A stretch of DNA of 64,000 nt from Azolla caroliniana (GCA_043228905.1 JBHGNT010000002.1:28148001-28212000); one strand, 5' to 3'. Numbered from the stretch's first letter, positions 1-20,125 are shown. Notes: generated by a model not told the origin, from the sequence alone. Translations and numbers: made by a program.

Positions 1-887
1 TATGTATATTAAAGTGAAAACTCCTTTAATGGATCATTTGAATAACTAATTGTTTATTTTTTTGTTGCAATTCCAATGATATAGGTGTACCTTTGTAGGC
101 CTAGGTGGTGGTTCACACCATAAAAGGTTAATAACACCCATGAGCCTCGGGCCCATAAACCACCCATCCTAGTGCCCTATGGTAAAAATTTAGCGCCATA
201 ATAAGTGTGGAATCAAGTACATAGGCATGCAAATATATGCAGGTTGAGAGGGTGCGTGTGAGCCAATATCACTATCAAGGAACTAAGTGAAACGAGGCGT
301 AAGAGCACACCACCAACCACTAGGGCCAAGGATAACTATAACAAGAATCAGGCGAGAACACAATCAACGGACGAAGGAAGGGGAGAGGACATGCGTGCGT
401 GGGAGAGAAAGAAAGAAAGATATATTAACGTCTTCTAAGACCAAAATCGGCCCATCGATCGGTATGGAATCAAGTAAGAGATCAAGCATCAACATGGTCT
501 ATGGAATCACTATCGGATCGTGTCGGTCATGTACGGATTGGACAAACCCTAGCGGTATGTACGTAAAAGCTCTGCTTTTGTAATTGCTGCGTTTTGTCAC
601 TTCCTTCCTTCACTAAGTGCACCAATGGGGACCCTCCCCCAAAATAACTCTCTTCCCTCCATACTCATAGTACATACCACCAACATAACCATAGAAAGAC
701 CCTCTATCTGTCTCTGACAGAAGAAGAAGAAGAAGACGAAGAAGAAGAAGGAAAGAAAATGCTCTGTTTCTTTCTTTCTTTCATTCTTGACGCAGATCTT
801 TGCTCACATGGATTAGGCCCCTCCCCTTGAAAGAACCCAAAATCTAGAAGAACCCCATTTCTTGGTTTCTACATACTACGAAGCCAA

Positions 888-8067
<7,180 letters not shown>

Positions 8068-9328
8068 TGTTTGGAGAATATATCTGCAAAGAATGAATGG
8101 AGAAAGGCTTCAAACTTGTAAACATTCGATCTTGTCTGAAATATTCTTTTTCCACTTTAGTAACAGTCGGACCAAATGAAAATGAAAGAGAATAATTGTC
8201 GAGAGTCCGTAGTCAATATCACACAAATATTCAACTTTCGTTCAGAGCTTAGATAGCAACATGGAGGGAAAATCTGGAAAAAGATCAATCCCAGCTATAA
8301 TTATTATTATATAATTGATATGCTGTGGAGTTTTTTGACTGGTATTCCTAAACACAATGATTGGAATTTGGCATACAAAAACATCAGTGTGATGAAATAT
8401 AAATCCTTTGGAATCATTGATAGTATGGGTTTCATCAAAATTTGTATTTTAGTCTTCTCCAATGTTTCAGGAGAAAAAACTACTAAAACCTTGTAATGAC
8501 GTAGCAGGCACAAAATAACCCCAATAAGATTTGGATGATTTCTTTACTGTATGTACCCTTATGGAGATGCTCAACAGAACTCATTGCGCATAAGAGATTC
8601 TAATGTCACCAGATTTCACATGCCATCTTCTGCATTGTAGATGTTTCATTAGGTTCCCAACTTTGAAGATCTTACAAGCTTAGTCACTATGGTCAAGCTA
8701 CTCGGGACCTATTTTATACATTGGAGTTATCTTGGCAACCAATATGTTCTTGGTACATTTGAAAGATATCAACGTGTGGATTTTCTCTGTATGTATGATT
8801 ATCTTCCAAGCATTTAGCATTTAGTTCTAGGCATGCCATTATTTATTTATTACTTGCTTTGATGAATTAATGCAAAACAAGTCTGGTCTTTTAGCGGCAC
8901 TAAAATTTAGTCTCTTTCTTCATAGGCCTTCACTCAGTATTGAAAATTTATTAGTAGAAGAAAAGATGACAGCATATTTGCCAAAATCCATTAAACATTA
9001 AAAAAAGCATTCTCTTCTATGCCCAAATACCAGTCTCAAAGCTTATTTTTAAATTTTGATCTTAGCAATCCCTTCTACTTAAGATTGAAAGGGGATCCTC
9101 TAATGGTGTATGAAGTTGCATCCCTGTTTGCTTGCCGCTAAATGATGTTGATGTTAATGTTGATGTTGAAATGATACATGTATCATATCAGCGTATGTTT
9201 TATTACTGAAAGAAGTAGTGTTGCAACATACATGGCCTTATTCAATGGAATAATACTACCAAAGGCTTAAAGTTGAGAATCCCAATATATGTAAGGTTGG
9301 AAGTTTGAACTATCGCCAAGAAGACATC

Positions 9329-9704
9329 ATGTACGAAGAACAATGTGATGTTGTGTCTCTAGTTTGTAGATGTAGTGGTGGATTAACATTTAGAAAATTC
9401 CATGAGATATGTGTCATGGATGATTAAATTAAACAAAAAAGACCTTTTAATGTAAAATGGTAAAATAAAAAAACATTATTCCAACGGCACCCTTGAATGA
9501 CTTACATTCTCATATAATGTACGAAGAACAATGAGATGTTGTGTCTCTAGTTTGTAGATGTAGTGGTGGATTAACATTTAGAAAATTCCATGAGATATGT
9601 GTCATGGATGATTAAATTAAACAAAAAAGACCTTTTAATGTAAAATGGTAAAATAAAAAAACATTATTCCAACGGCACCCTTGAATGACTTACATTCTCA
9701 TATA
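9329..9704. repeat. Near-perfect 188-bp tandem duplication
   Basis: ATGTACGAAGAACAATG...CATTCTCATATA at 9329-9516 and 9517-9704. Confidence 0.92.
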
Positions 9705-10601
9705 TGGAACTTTCCAAACTTGGGCCACTTAAAACGATAGATTCCCTTAGTAATCAAGATTATATTAATAAGTACACAAAACGACCAAACACCATTATAG
9801 ACAATCCCCAAATTCCGTCAAAGACATATAGAGGATAACAAATCGATATTCTTCCATGCTATCTGCTTCCTTGGGTATTGGAGATAAGCAAACATTGCAT
9901 GACTTTATTGTGGTGATGTAGGCTTGTATGACAAAGAAGTGAAAATTTTAAAGTTTGTAAGAAATATCGAGATCAATTGTGAGAGAACAACTAAGATGGC
10001 CATAGACCTTGTGAAGCTCATGCAAGCCGCCATCACACCATGTGCATTATGTATCTCCTTCTACACATCCTTTGATTAATAAAATCTTATGTTGGCATTT
10101 ACACAAACCTTAAAAAGTACCTCTTTTCAAAAAAAGGTCATTGTGTCTGAATCCTAAAGATACGTGAAATCAAGCGGAAGGTATTGAAGGCAAGAAATAT
10201 TCTAATGAAGAAAAAACTAAGAGATGGTCTAGTTTATTTTCTTTACCTCGTTCATTCCTAACGAGGATGGACAAGCCGTTCCATTGACAACACAACATCA
10301 ATGAGTTAGGAGAAGTCATGCTTTGAGTTGTGGACACGTGAACACGAGGACAAGTTATGAGACGAGTGTATGTCTATGTGTGTGTTGTGGGGAGGGTGGG
10401 ACATAAACTTTTAGAACTTGTAGTGCATCTCTATTAAGGGTCTGTCGAGGCCATTAGATTGACCAAAAAGAAGACATTTCCACTTCACATTCTTTTCTTC
10501 TTTCCTTGACCCGATCGGATGCTTGGGAGAAGAAGTTATATCACCCAAGTCTTTGCATTTTCCCGATGCCGATGAGATGAGAGCGAGGGGTCCATAATAA
10601 T

Positions 10602-10661
10602 GTATATATACATATACTGTATACATATACATATACATACATACATACATACATACATACA

Positions 10662-10692
<31 letters not shown>

Positions 10693-10716
10693 GTATATAT
10701 GTATAAGGTATATATA
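10602..10716. repeat. (TACA)n/(TA)n microsatellite upstream of the aspartic protease
   Basis: Direct reading of the ATAC run. Confidence 0.9.
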
Positions 10717-10863
10717 TGTGCATTTCACAATATGTACCCCACATTCATTCATTCATTCCTTTGCTTCATTCTAAGAAGACCTAGCTAGCTCTATAGAGAT
10801 TCATAGTTAGTGTTCCTAAATGCCCACTCACATGACCACATCATCCTCTCTTTGTTACTAACA

Positions 10864-12408
10864 ATGGGCTCTCTAATTAGGGTTTCTGAAGAAGTCGAAG
10901 AGGAAGAAGATGTTTGTTTGGCCATGGCTAATTACCACCGTCTCTGTGCGGATGCACCAAAGAAACTATTCCTCCTCTTTACCATCGCTCTCTTCTTTAT
11001 TCAAGCTTCTGCAGATCAGATCAATCACAAACCCGCAGAAGTTGACGGCAATAGAAGCCTCAAGCTCAGATTGATCCACAAGAGTGCATTGAATTTGCCT
11101 CAGATCTCTGCAAAGGACGAAAGCTTTGCAGAGATCCATGGAAATCTCTTCTCAGGGGCTTCGTTTCCAGGTAATATTGGTCAATATTTCGTTGAGTTAT
11201 ATTTGGGCAATCCAGAGAAGCCCTATTTTTTCATCATAGACACTGGTAGCGATGTGATGTGGGTCCCTTGTTCTCTATGCCAAGATAACAATAGCAATAG
11301 CAATAACAATAACAATAACAGCACTAATGATACTAACACCAATACAAATGATAGCAATGGAACTTGTGTGGAGGCTAAGAATTCTTCATCAGTTTTCATG
11401 GCTAAGAGGTCTTCGACATTTGACCTAATTTCATGTCCCTCCGACACGTGCTATTATGTCCCACCTCCCCAAGGGGCACCCGCATGTCGTGCTAATAGCC
11501 CCTCTGTATGTACGTATTCATATGGTTATAGCGATGGTTCACATACGAGGGGCATGTTTGCCTATGATACGGTCCGTTTGGTGGCGTCTAAGTCCAAGTT
11601 GGGCTCTCAATATGAAACCAGACATGTTGTTGAGCTTGGAAAAGTTGCTTTTGGGTGCGGAACTGACAACTTTCGTCCTGGAAGCGTGGACTCGGTAGGT
11701 GGGGTCCTTGGCCTCGGTCTCGGTCCTATATCTTTTTCTAGCCAATTAGGAGGTAATAACATATATGGCCACAAGTTTTCCTACTGCTTTCCGAGCTTTT
11801 TCCACACTGCAAACCTCACCAGTGTGATCACATTTGGAGAAGATCTGGTGGCCTCAAATCTTAAGGTTCCAATACAATATACCCCATTCATTGAGAATCC
11901 ATTTTCTCGGGGTCTATATTATGTTGGTATAGATTCAATGAGGATCAATGGAGTGACTCTACCTATACCACCTGATGTCTGGAGTATTGATAAGAATGGA
12001 AAAGGAGGTACTATAATAGACTCTGGAACCACGCTCTCATTTTTTCGAGCAGGAGCTTACGACGTGATAGTTAATGCAGTCAAGGAAGCAATAAACTACC
12101 CTTTGGCCCTACCCACTGCCGGGCTTCCTCTTTGTTATAATGTCTCAGGCATTGAGTTTCCAAAACTCCCGCGGATCTCCATTGTGTTTAAAGGTAGTAG
12201 TGAGGCGGTGTTTAGCCCACCGCCCAATAACTATTTCCTTAGGCCTGAAGAGAACCTCAGGTGTCTAGGTTTAATGGAAAGCTTGCCACAATCTCCCTCA
12301 ATTCTTGGAAACTTGTTGCAACAAAACTTCTATGTGGAGTATGATAGGAAAAGTTACAGGATTGGATTTGCAAAAGCTCATTGTGCCACTCTTGTGGAAG
12401 AACTATAA
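10864..12408 (+). CDS. Intronless A1-family aspartic protease (nepenthesin-like/atypical), probably secreted
   Basis: GQYFVELYLGNP, catalytic IIDTGSD and IIDSGTT, Cys-rich insert, FGCG, FSYC, ILGNLLQQNFYVEYD. Hydrophobic signal-like stretch LFLLFTIALFFIQASA; the true start may be ATG 10924. Confidence 0.93.
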   Translation: MGSLIRVSEEVEEEEDVCLAMANYHRLCADAPKKLFLLFTIALFFIQASADQINHKPAEVDGNRSLKLRLIHKSALNLPQISAKDESFAEIHGNLFSGASFPGNIGQYFVELYLGNPEKPYFFIIDTGSDVMWVPCSLCQDNNSNSNNNNNNSTNDTNTNTNDSNGTCVEAKNSSSVFMAKRSSTFDLISCPSDTCYYVPPPQGAPACRANSPSVCTYSYGYSDGSHTRGMFAYDTVRLVASKSKLGSQYETRHVVELGKVAFGCGTDNFRPGSVDSVGGVLGLGLGPISFSSQLGGNNIYGHKFSYCFPSFFHTANLTSVITFGEDLVASNLKVPIQYTPFIENPFSRGLYYVGIDSMRINGVTLPIPPDVWSIDKNGKGGTIIDSGTTLSFFRAGAYDVIVNAVKEAINYPLALPTAGLPLCYNVSGIEFPKLPRISIVFKGSSEAVFSPPPNNYFLRPEENLRCLGLMESLPQSPSILGNLLQQNFYVEYDRKSYRIGFAKAHCATLVEEL

Positions 12409-14012
12409 AACATCATATGACTAGCTATTGTACACAGAAACCTTTGTATATTATCGAAACTATAGAGTTTACCTTATTATTTTATTCTTTTATGATCAAT
12501 CATCCTTTTGTGTTTTTTGTTTGGAATGTAGCGAATAGAGTAAGAAAATGTCAAGTTCTCATTTCATAACGCAATAATTTTACTTAATTCTTATGAGAGG
12601 AAATTTCAAGTTCTTGTATTCATAACAGAACAATTATCCTTAATTCTTTTCACTCAAGGGAAAAAAATAAACTCACTCTATGAATAGATTAAATGATGTT
12701 TATAATTGTGTGCATGTTTTTTTAGACTTTTAGAAGCTTGAAACTGTCATGTGTATGATCACACAAATCTTACAATGATTGTCATGTAGATGCTGATAAA
12801 GTTTAGTTAGTTGTGTTGGTTCGATAGGCAGTCATTGATGATCAAAATCTATTGTCATTAGCCATACAAAAAGAACAAGCTAAATTATTTGACTGTAATC
12901 TAGAACTCAATATAACAATTAAAAGACCTCTGAGCATTAAGAAACAGGGATATTCTTGGAAGTACAAGTGGCTTACAATTTTTATAGTTTCTACAAAGTT
13001 TTTTGTTGATCGTCAATTCTAAGCTTTTGGATTTTGTACTGGTTGGTTTTGAATCTACATCTTTTGTAAAGGTATTAATAGAGGTGTGTTGAAACCATCT
13101 TTGGTGTAGAAGAGGAACTGTTTCTCAAAGCAACAAGGTTGCAACTTCTTTATCTAATTTACTGAAAAGAAGATAATGAGCATATTTAAATACAAAAACA
13201 TTAAATCCCAAAGACAAATAATTTGATAAAAATAAGGTTGGTTATTTAAAACGTTTTGATCATCAACTTCTCATTTAATTATGCAATAATATAGTATGGA
13301 CTATTTGATCTTAGTTTTGCTTGCTCCCCTAAAGATCCTTTGTTCTTAAGTTGGTTCCTAGGTTGGTTTGGTTTCGTTAAGCCATTGTAGTTCTTGTCAC
13401 ATGCACGCATGTATGTTTACGTATGAATGAGGCGTTCAAGTAAGAAAGTATTTAAAGATAACATTTCTAATTGGAAGTGTAATAAGGGGAAACAATAGGG
13501 AATGAAAGTAGTCCTATTGATCATATTAACAACTAACAAAGAAATTAAGAAATAGATTGAGATTCTAAAGGGCAAAGCAATGCAAATAATTGGTGCAATC
13601 CGAACCATATTATACTTATTTTAAGGTTCCATATATGCCATTAATCAATTGAATTGAAATCATTCCTTTGGAACACACATTGAAATTGCCCACAAATTCA
13701 TTTTAGTTGATGTGCTGTATTTATAACAACGTTAAACTAGAGATATTTAACAAAAATGTAAATAAATATGCTCATTACTGTTGTCGGAAGTGAAGGAAAC
13801 AAACACATGTGAGTTGATCTTTGTTGGTTTGTTAATTGATCTTCCTGAAAAGAAGCAAATAACCTTTGTTTCTTTATAAGTTATTTCACCTCAAAACAAG
13901 GAGAGGCTTCGATTGTATCTACAATAGGCTAAACTTCAACCTTACTCTTTCATAAACATTAATTCATATTCTTCAACTAGCATTAAGTTTACTTATAAAT
14001 GACTTGTCATAT

Positions 14013-15429
14013 TGTGGTGTGCATGTGTTCCTTTGTGCCACCCTTTTAGCACACCCTTTTTTGGATGCATGTACCTAAGTCGACCCACCCTTTTTAGCTA
14101 AGCCAACACAAATGGGAAATTGGGCATGATGTAAGAAGCTAAGTAGGCTGGTTTTAATATCTTATGTGCATTTCACATATTGGTGGAGATGCAAGGTACC
14201 AGTCCCCCACGTCCAAGCATCCACATCTTCCCCCTCACTTTAGGTTGCCCACTAACTTCTTGTCCCACGAGTTTCCTCGATCCCCCTTTGACATGATAGC
14301 CCTCCTGTCCCCCACCTCAGCCAAGTCCAGGTGGCCCTCAGTCCACAAGAGCGATTGATCTCCATTTGCCTATAGCCCTCATGTCCCCCACCTCAACCAA
14401 GTCCAGGTGGCCCTCAATCCTTAGGAGCGATTGATCTCTATTCGCCTATAGCTCTCATGTCCCCCACCTTAGCCCAATCCAAGTGGCCCTCAGTCTACAA
14501 GAGCAATTGATCTCTATTCGTCTATAGCTCTCTTGTCCCCCATCTCAGCCAAGTCCAGGTGGCCCTCAGTCCTTAGGAGCGATTGATCTCTATTCGCCTA
14601 TAGCTCTCATGTCCCCCACCTTAGCCCAGTCCAAGTGGCCCTCAGTCTACAGGAGCGATTGATCTCTATTCGTCTATAACTCTCTTGTCCCCCACCTCAG
14701 CCAAGTCCAGGTGGCCCTAAGTCCACAGGAGCGATTGATCTTTATCCACCGATTGCTAGCTTGTTTTTCGTCACTAGCCCTGTCCAACTATCAAGGCCAG
14801 TAGTTCCGTGGGGATGTCCTCAACACTGTTGTAGCTCAACTCGGTGTCCAACAGATGTTTACATCCCCATACCATCCTCAGACAAATGACCTCACCGAAC
14901 ACCTCAACAAGATCGTCAAGAAGGAGATTGCCGCTTTCATCGATCCATGCCACAAAACCTGGGATAAATCTTGCCTTTCGTCACCCATTCCTACAATATA
15001 TTTGTATAGGCGTCAACATGGATCAACCCTTTTCGAGCACTCTATTGGCGTAACCCTTGCCTCCCACCAGAATCGTCCATTGATGTCTATTCGAAACCTG
15101 CCAACATGGATGATGCCACTTGGGAGCTCTATCTCCAACAAATGCTCCCCCTCCTTCAACAAGCCACTGCTCATGTTCCTGTTCGTGTTCCTGCTCCTTG
15201 GTGTCTTGTTTCTCTTAGGGGGGAAACATAATATGTGAAATGCACATAAGATATCAAAACTAGCCTACTTAGCTTCTTACTTCTTGCTCAATTTATAGTT
15301 GATACAAAGGTACCCATTTGGGTTGGCTTAGTTAAAAAGGGTGTGCTAAAAGGGTGGGCCGGCTTAGGTAAATGCATCCAAAAAAGGGTGTGCTAAAAGG
15401 GTGGCACAAAGGATCACATGCACACCACA
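14013..15429 (+). mobile_element. Internally deleted Ty3/gypsy-derived element with inverted LTRs (TIR-like), tRNA-Ala PBS, integrase remnant and PPT
   Basis: LTR 14013-14177 (TGTGG...TCACA); PBS TGGTGGAGATG 14181-14191; integrase remnant QGQ*F...TSPYHPQTNDLTEHLNK...TWD at about 14790-15000; PPT AGGGGGGAAA 15217-15226; reverse-complement LTR 15234-15429; ATAT on both flanks. Confidence 0.85.
14297..14745. repeat. 76-bp tandem repeat, about 6 copies, with 152-bp dimer structure
   Basis: Units start at 14297, 14373, 14449, 14525, 14601 and 14677. Confidence 0.9.
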
Positions 15430-16149
15430 ATATTTAACATATAAAGAACTAGAGAAAATAGTTTTATGTAGGGGAATAGTTTAAGATGTATGTGTTTGCT
15501 GTTGTTTATGTGTGTTAGAGGAGAGAAAGAGGGACAAAAGTAGACACAAAAGAAAATAATATTTGAGTTAGCTCTAGATTAAGATTTGTTACGATAACCT
15601 TAATGCTTATAACCAGCCCAAATTTTGATGTTCCATGCACACATGAACCACATTGAGAATGAAGATGTTGATCTCATAATATCTAAACAAAAAAGTAAAT
15701 AACATATACATTTACCACTGAGCTTGGAGGGAACAAGTTCTACCCGGATCAAGGGGGACCAGGAAAGTAAGCAAAGATAGTCCAAGCTCGTTGATGATAT
15801 GACTTAGATGAATAGGAAGGGACATGGTGACTTAACATGCTCCACCAAGTGTGTGAATGCACAAGTGATGGGAAAGTGTGCATTAAAGCTCGTCATACCT
15901 TGTCATATGTGTGTGGTCACCATCTTTGTTATATGTAAGGAGAGATACCATTGGCGTTCAACGCGCAAAATATAATGATAATATATCCTTTCTCATTTAC
16001 GAAAATGTGCTTGGAATCCTACATAAATCCCCCACATTTGACGTTTCATCTTTATTTTCATCATCATTTTTGGCTATGTATGTTGGCCTACCTTAACAAG
16101 GAATTGTTTCCATCTTTTATCTTCTAAAACTTGAAGGTTAACAAAGTTA

Positions 16150-17900
16150 ATATTACCGATAGGCTTTCCTAATCTCTCTATGCCATTGGAGGATGGCAAC
16201 GATACTTTGAGTGATACCCAACATCGTCAAAATATGTTGTTGCAACAATTATCGTTTCTAATGGTTCATGGAAATGGTTTTTTTGTCATCTTAATTGGCA
16301 CATACATCATAGTTGTTAATGTGGTGCCAGATGAAATTATGAGGTTCAGTTCAATCTTCTCTATAGAATCTTTTTGATCTAGTAAAATTAATTAAACCGA
16401 TTGAGATTTTTTTTTGGCTTTGGACCGTGACAATTTTAACTAGAATGGTTTGATAATTTTCAGATCCTCTTATACATTATGTTAGTATTATGTATTCTTG
16501 CCACTTGGCCCTTAACTACAACAAGATCCTACAATAACTGTACTCCAAAGTAGCACCATAATGTCAATATGTACAATACCAAGTATAAAAAACTAGTTGC
16601 AACATTTGTGTGCCCAGGACATTCATAAGTCACAAAAACACTTCTTGTGATGCGTCATGTGGTTTGAGGCAGTAGAGTCAATGAACCCCATGTCTTTAGA
16701 CTTGCTAGAGCTAGTTGATATGGAACGTGCTTTATGAAATCATAAAATCGCCTCCATAATCATCATGGTTTTAGGTTGTGGTATAGCTAGTAAGTAATTG
16801 GCCACTGGTCGAATCATGTTTCTTCTTAGGAGAATCTACCTCGATGAGATATATCTTGCTACAAAACCAAAAATCATGGTTGCTCTCTATTATAGAAAAC
16901 TCCTTCTTCTTCTAGAGTTTCTTGCATTCGTAGAGGTTTTCTATATCTTGCTCATCGTTGTTTCAACCACCAATCTTACTTACTTGCAAATTGTCTTCCT
17001 TTGCTATGATCACCTTTGGAACTTCATCATCTATGACCACCATTCAAGTGGGAGTAGAATTTGTCTCTTAGTAGCTAATCTCATAGTGGGATGTCTTTGA
17101 ATGATAAAATGAATTGGAGGTAAGAACAACATGTTGGTGTTTCTATTGTGATGGTGGTAGTTCTAAGTTGTTTAACCATTGTAATTATTTTCCAAGACAT
17201 GTTTGCAACATCTCATCCTCATTATCCTTCATGTCAATGGATGCAAGATAGTTGCATAGGTTCTTAATCTTAATTGTGTAGTCTTTGATAGACGCATATA
17301 TTTGTTTCATGTTGTTGAACTCTTACAATAGTTGCGCGCAAGTGGTCATGTTGGTGGCAAACATCTTCTGCAAGTATTTGCACCATGTCGATGGACCTAA
17401 GACATTCTCATGGGCACTTAACCTTAAAAGTCTACTTATTGATAACCATACTCCTTTGTTCCATGCCGTTGAACCCTCGCAATAGTTGGATCTTGCAAGC
17501 AATCATGTTGTTGTCAAACATCGTTTGTAAGTTGTTTCATGGGTCTTTCATTATCTTTGTATCTTACACACAACCACATGTGAATCTACATGCAAATCAC
17601 TAGAATCTAATACACCAACACAACTTGTCATGTGCTTGTAGTTTGTGGGGGCGATGTTGTCGGTTTGATTTGACATATTCTCCAAACCTTTTTTGATACT
17701 TCCGTAAAGCAAATTTGGTGTGGTCTAGCTTCTTGTTTAGTGAGGTACCGATTAGTATATTCATAATGATGGTGATGATTCCTTTGACTTCAATATCCCT
17801 TGAATGTCACAACATGCAAACAATTTGTGGCTTCTCTACAAAAGTGTTGGTCAACCTCAAAAACATAGAACAAGCTAGTGCTTCAACAATGGGTTTTCAA
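16150..17900 (-). mobile_element. Possible highly decayed retrotransposon gag/protease remnant
   Basis: Minus strand has a broken zinc-knuckle-like FCDL.ECPGHT near 16600-16640 and a decayed LGRPW-like motif near 16220. No intact ORF. Confidence 0.25.
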
Positions 17901-18056
17901 ACAATATAGAATCAACAATGAGGTTGTAAAACCCTCATGCACTTATAATACTATATGAAAGCAAGAGAATGTAGGTCTATGTAGTAGGAAATAATAAGAA
18001 AGATATCTTTACATTATGAGAGAGAGGGAGAGAGAGAAAGAGAGAGAGCCCAGATG

Positions 18057-18240
18057 GATGTAATTCGATTGGTAAGGTTGCCCAAGGGAGACCAGGTTGT
18101 CATGGGTTCCACCCCTACATTCCAGGGTGGCAACTTACCGATGTAGCTCAGTTGGTAAGGTTGCCCAACGGAGACCAAGAGGTCATGGGTTCCACCCTAC
18201 TCTCCATAGTGGTAACTTACCCAAGACCAGGAAGTCATGA
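18057..18240 (+). repeat. Tandem 83-bp tRNA-derived units (SINE-like) between GA microsatellites
   Basis: Units start at 18057 and 18140, plus a partial third. A-box TAGCTCAGTTGG and B-box-like GGTTCCACCC. Confidence 0.6.
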
Positions 18241-18323
18241 ATTAAGAGATGTAGTTGAAGTAATAGAGAAGTGAGAAATTTGGGTTTCGAACCCAAGACG
18301 TAGTGCTAGGGTAAGCTAATTGC

Positions 18324-18328
<5 letters not shown>

Positions 18329-18403
<75 letters not shown>
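18329..18403. repeat. (GA)n microsatellite
   Basis: Direct reading. Confidence 0.95.
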
Positions 18404-18407
<4 letters not shown>

Positions 18408-20125
18408 CGTTGCATCAATGCTCATGTAAAATATTGATTAAAAGATCACACTTGCAAGAATCTACGAGTAAGATGTGTCCACAAAGTCTACTCATATAAT
18501 ATATGCCAATAAAACTTCGTTGTAGAATGGGCAATGCATTTATATATCATGATGTGAGCCCATACTTACTGCTTGACCTATGTAACAAACACCACTCTTA
18601 GGACTATTTAACACAAATTTTAGTTTTTTTTTCAAACAAAACCTACTTCACATTAGTTAGCAAACAAAATACATCAAAGTTCAACACGAAGATCCATAGA
18701 GACTAACTTTAGTGGGATCAATATATACAACATGGAGGAGCAACTCCAAAACCAACAAAACTCACATTGTCCTTCTCCCCACGATTCTCGTAATAAACCC
18801 CACGCCCTCTTTTTTTTTAACCCCGCCGTACTATTTTACAACAAAGTTATCCGGGTAACACAACTACGATAACTTACTTGTGCCCCAACTACATTTATTG
18901 AACACAATTAATGTAGTCCTGCATTCTTTGAACGCAACTTCCCACACCTTTGATCACTTAGTTTTCTTTTACTTGTTCTCACAATCATATGAGCTTGTCT
19001 TTATGGGTAGGATTTCCATTGTAAGTTTGGCTTATGCCTTGTAACAACCATTTTTTTCTCCCTTAATTCAGTATATTTGACACAATAATTGTAACAAAAT
19101 CAACTTTCTACAAGCCAAAAGGCAAGGCTAATAAGTGTGCACATCTATACTACAAGTATAATGTTAATATACATTTGTATCCATATTGACATTCTACTAT
19201 ATGAAATTGTCCATACAAGTATCGGAAATCGATGTTTCCGAATGTCACCATTCTCTATACTTCTAAAATCTTTGTGCGTTTGTTATTGTGCAACAAATGG
19301 TTTTCCTTAACTAAATTGCTTTACAATTTTTTGGATTTCATAAACTTAAAGGAGGTGCATATTTTGAAAGATCTAGTGTGGCGATAGGTACTAGGTACAA
19401 TTTTGATGGGATAAAGAAAAGGTATCTCCTTAGTTAAAGAGGTTGAAAAAATGAAACGCCAGTAAATGCACACACCTACACTACAATTTTATAAGAGAAA
19501 AAACCAATGTAGATATGTATTTATTATTTTTGTTTGTCTATAAAAGTAAAAGGAAATAAGATCGCTGAATAGAAAATAGTGGGTATTTGAGATCCTACTT
19601 GGGTAACAAAAAATAAATTCCTTTCTTCTTCAAAAGGGTGAATAATGGGATTGTGTTAAAAGAAGACGGACACCTATGTGTGCCAAGATTGGTAGAACAC
19701 AATGCATATGCTTACCAAAAAGCATTTCCCATCTACGATCTACAATTTTTTTTATGCCTTTGCGAGAACAGTAAGTGTGTGTTAAAAAAAGAGAGTGGTA
19801 CATATTGGTGCCAAAATAATGTTTGAACACTTATTAACTAGGATAACATATATCCCTTCAATAGTTCACGACAAGGATAGACATACTTTACCTATTAACA
19901 TTTTTACCTACATCCAAATTGTCTAGTAGCCTTAAAATTAAAGATGAGCATTAAAGCTCATAAATTTATATGCATATATGTATGAAAAGTGGATAGTACT
20001 TAAAGTAGTGAAGCAACAACAATGGCTAAAGTAGACAAGCCATATTAAAACTCATGGACCATATAAAATGACAAGTCGTTCTGAATTAGAGACAATAGTG
20101 CACAAATATCAAAGAGAGATTAAAC

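Noticed and set aside
759-815. Short upstream ORF before the kinesin ATG
   Set aside because: TSS unknown and the sequence is CT-rich low complexity; no evidence of conservation.
10411-10788. ORFs with YVCM/HTYI repeats
   Set aside because: Translations of the (TACA)n microsatellite.
12770-13172. Possible minus-strand exons with AG/GT borders
   Set aside because: In-frame stops and no recognisable homology; cannot be supported without a search.
14297-14745. Regular repeats resembling a CRISPR array (also 40506-40775 and 46840-49000)
   Set aside because: Units are contiguous with no unique spacers, no cas genes are present, the context is eukaryotic, and all lie inside LTR elements.
18140-18215. 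Functional tRNA gene
   Set aside because: Has A/B-box-like motifs but no convincing acceptor or anticodon stems; treated as a tRNA-derived repeat.
19638-19826. Integrase-like GHLCVP peptide
   Set aside because: Too short, with no supporting neighbouring motifs.
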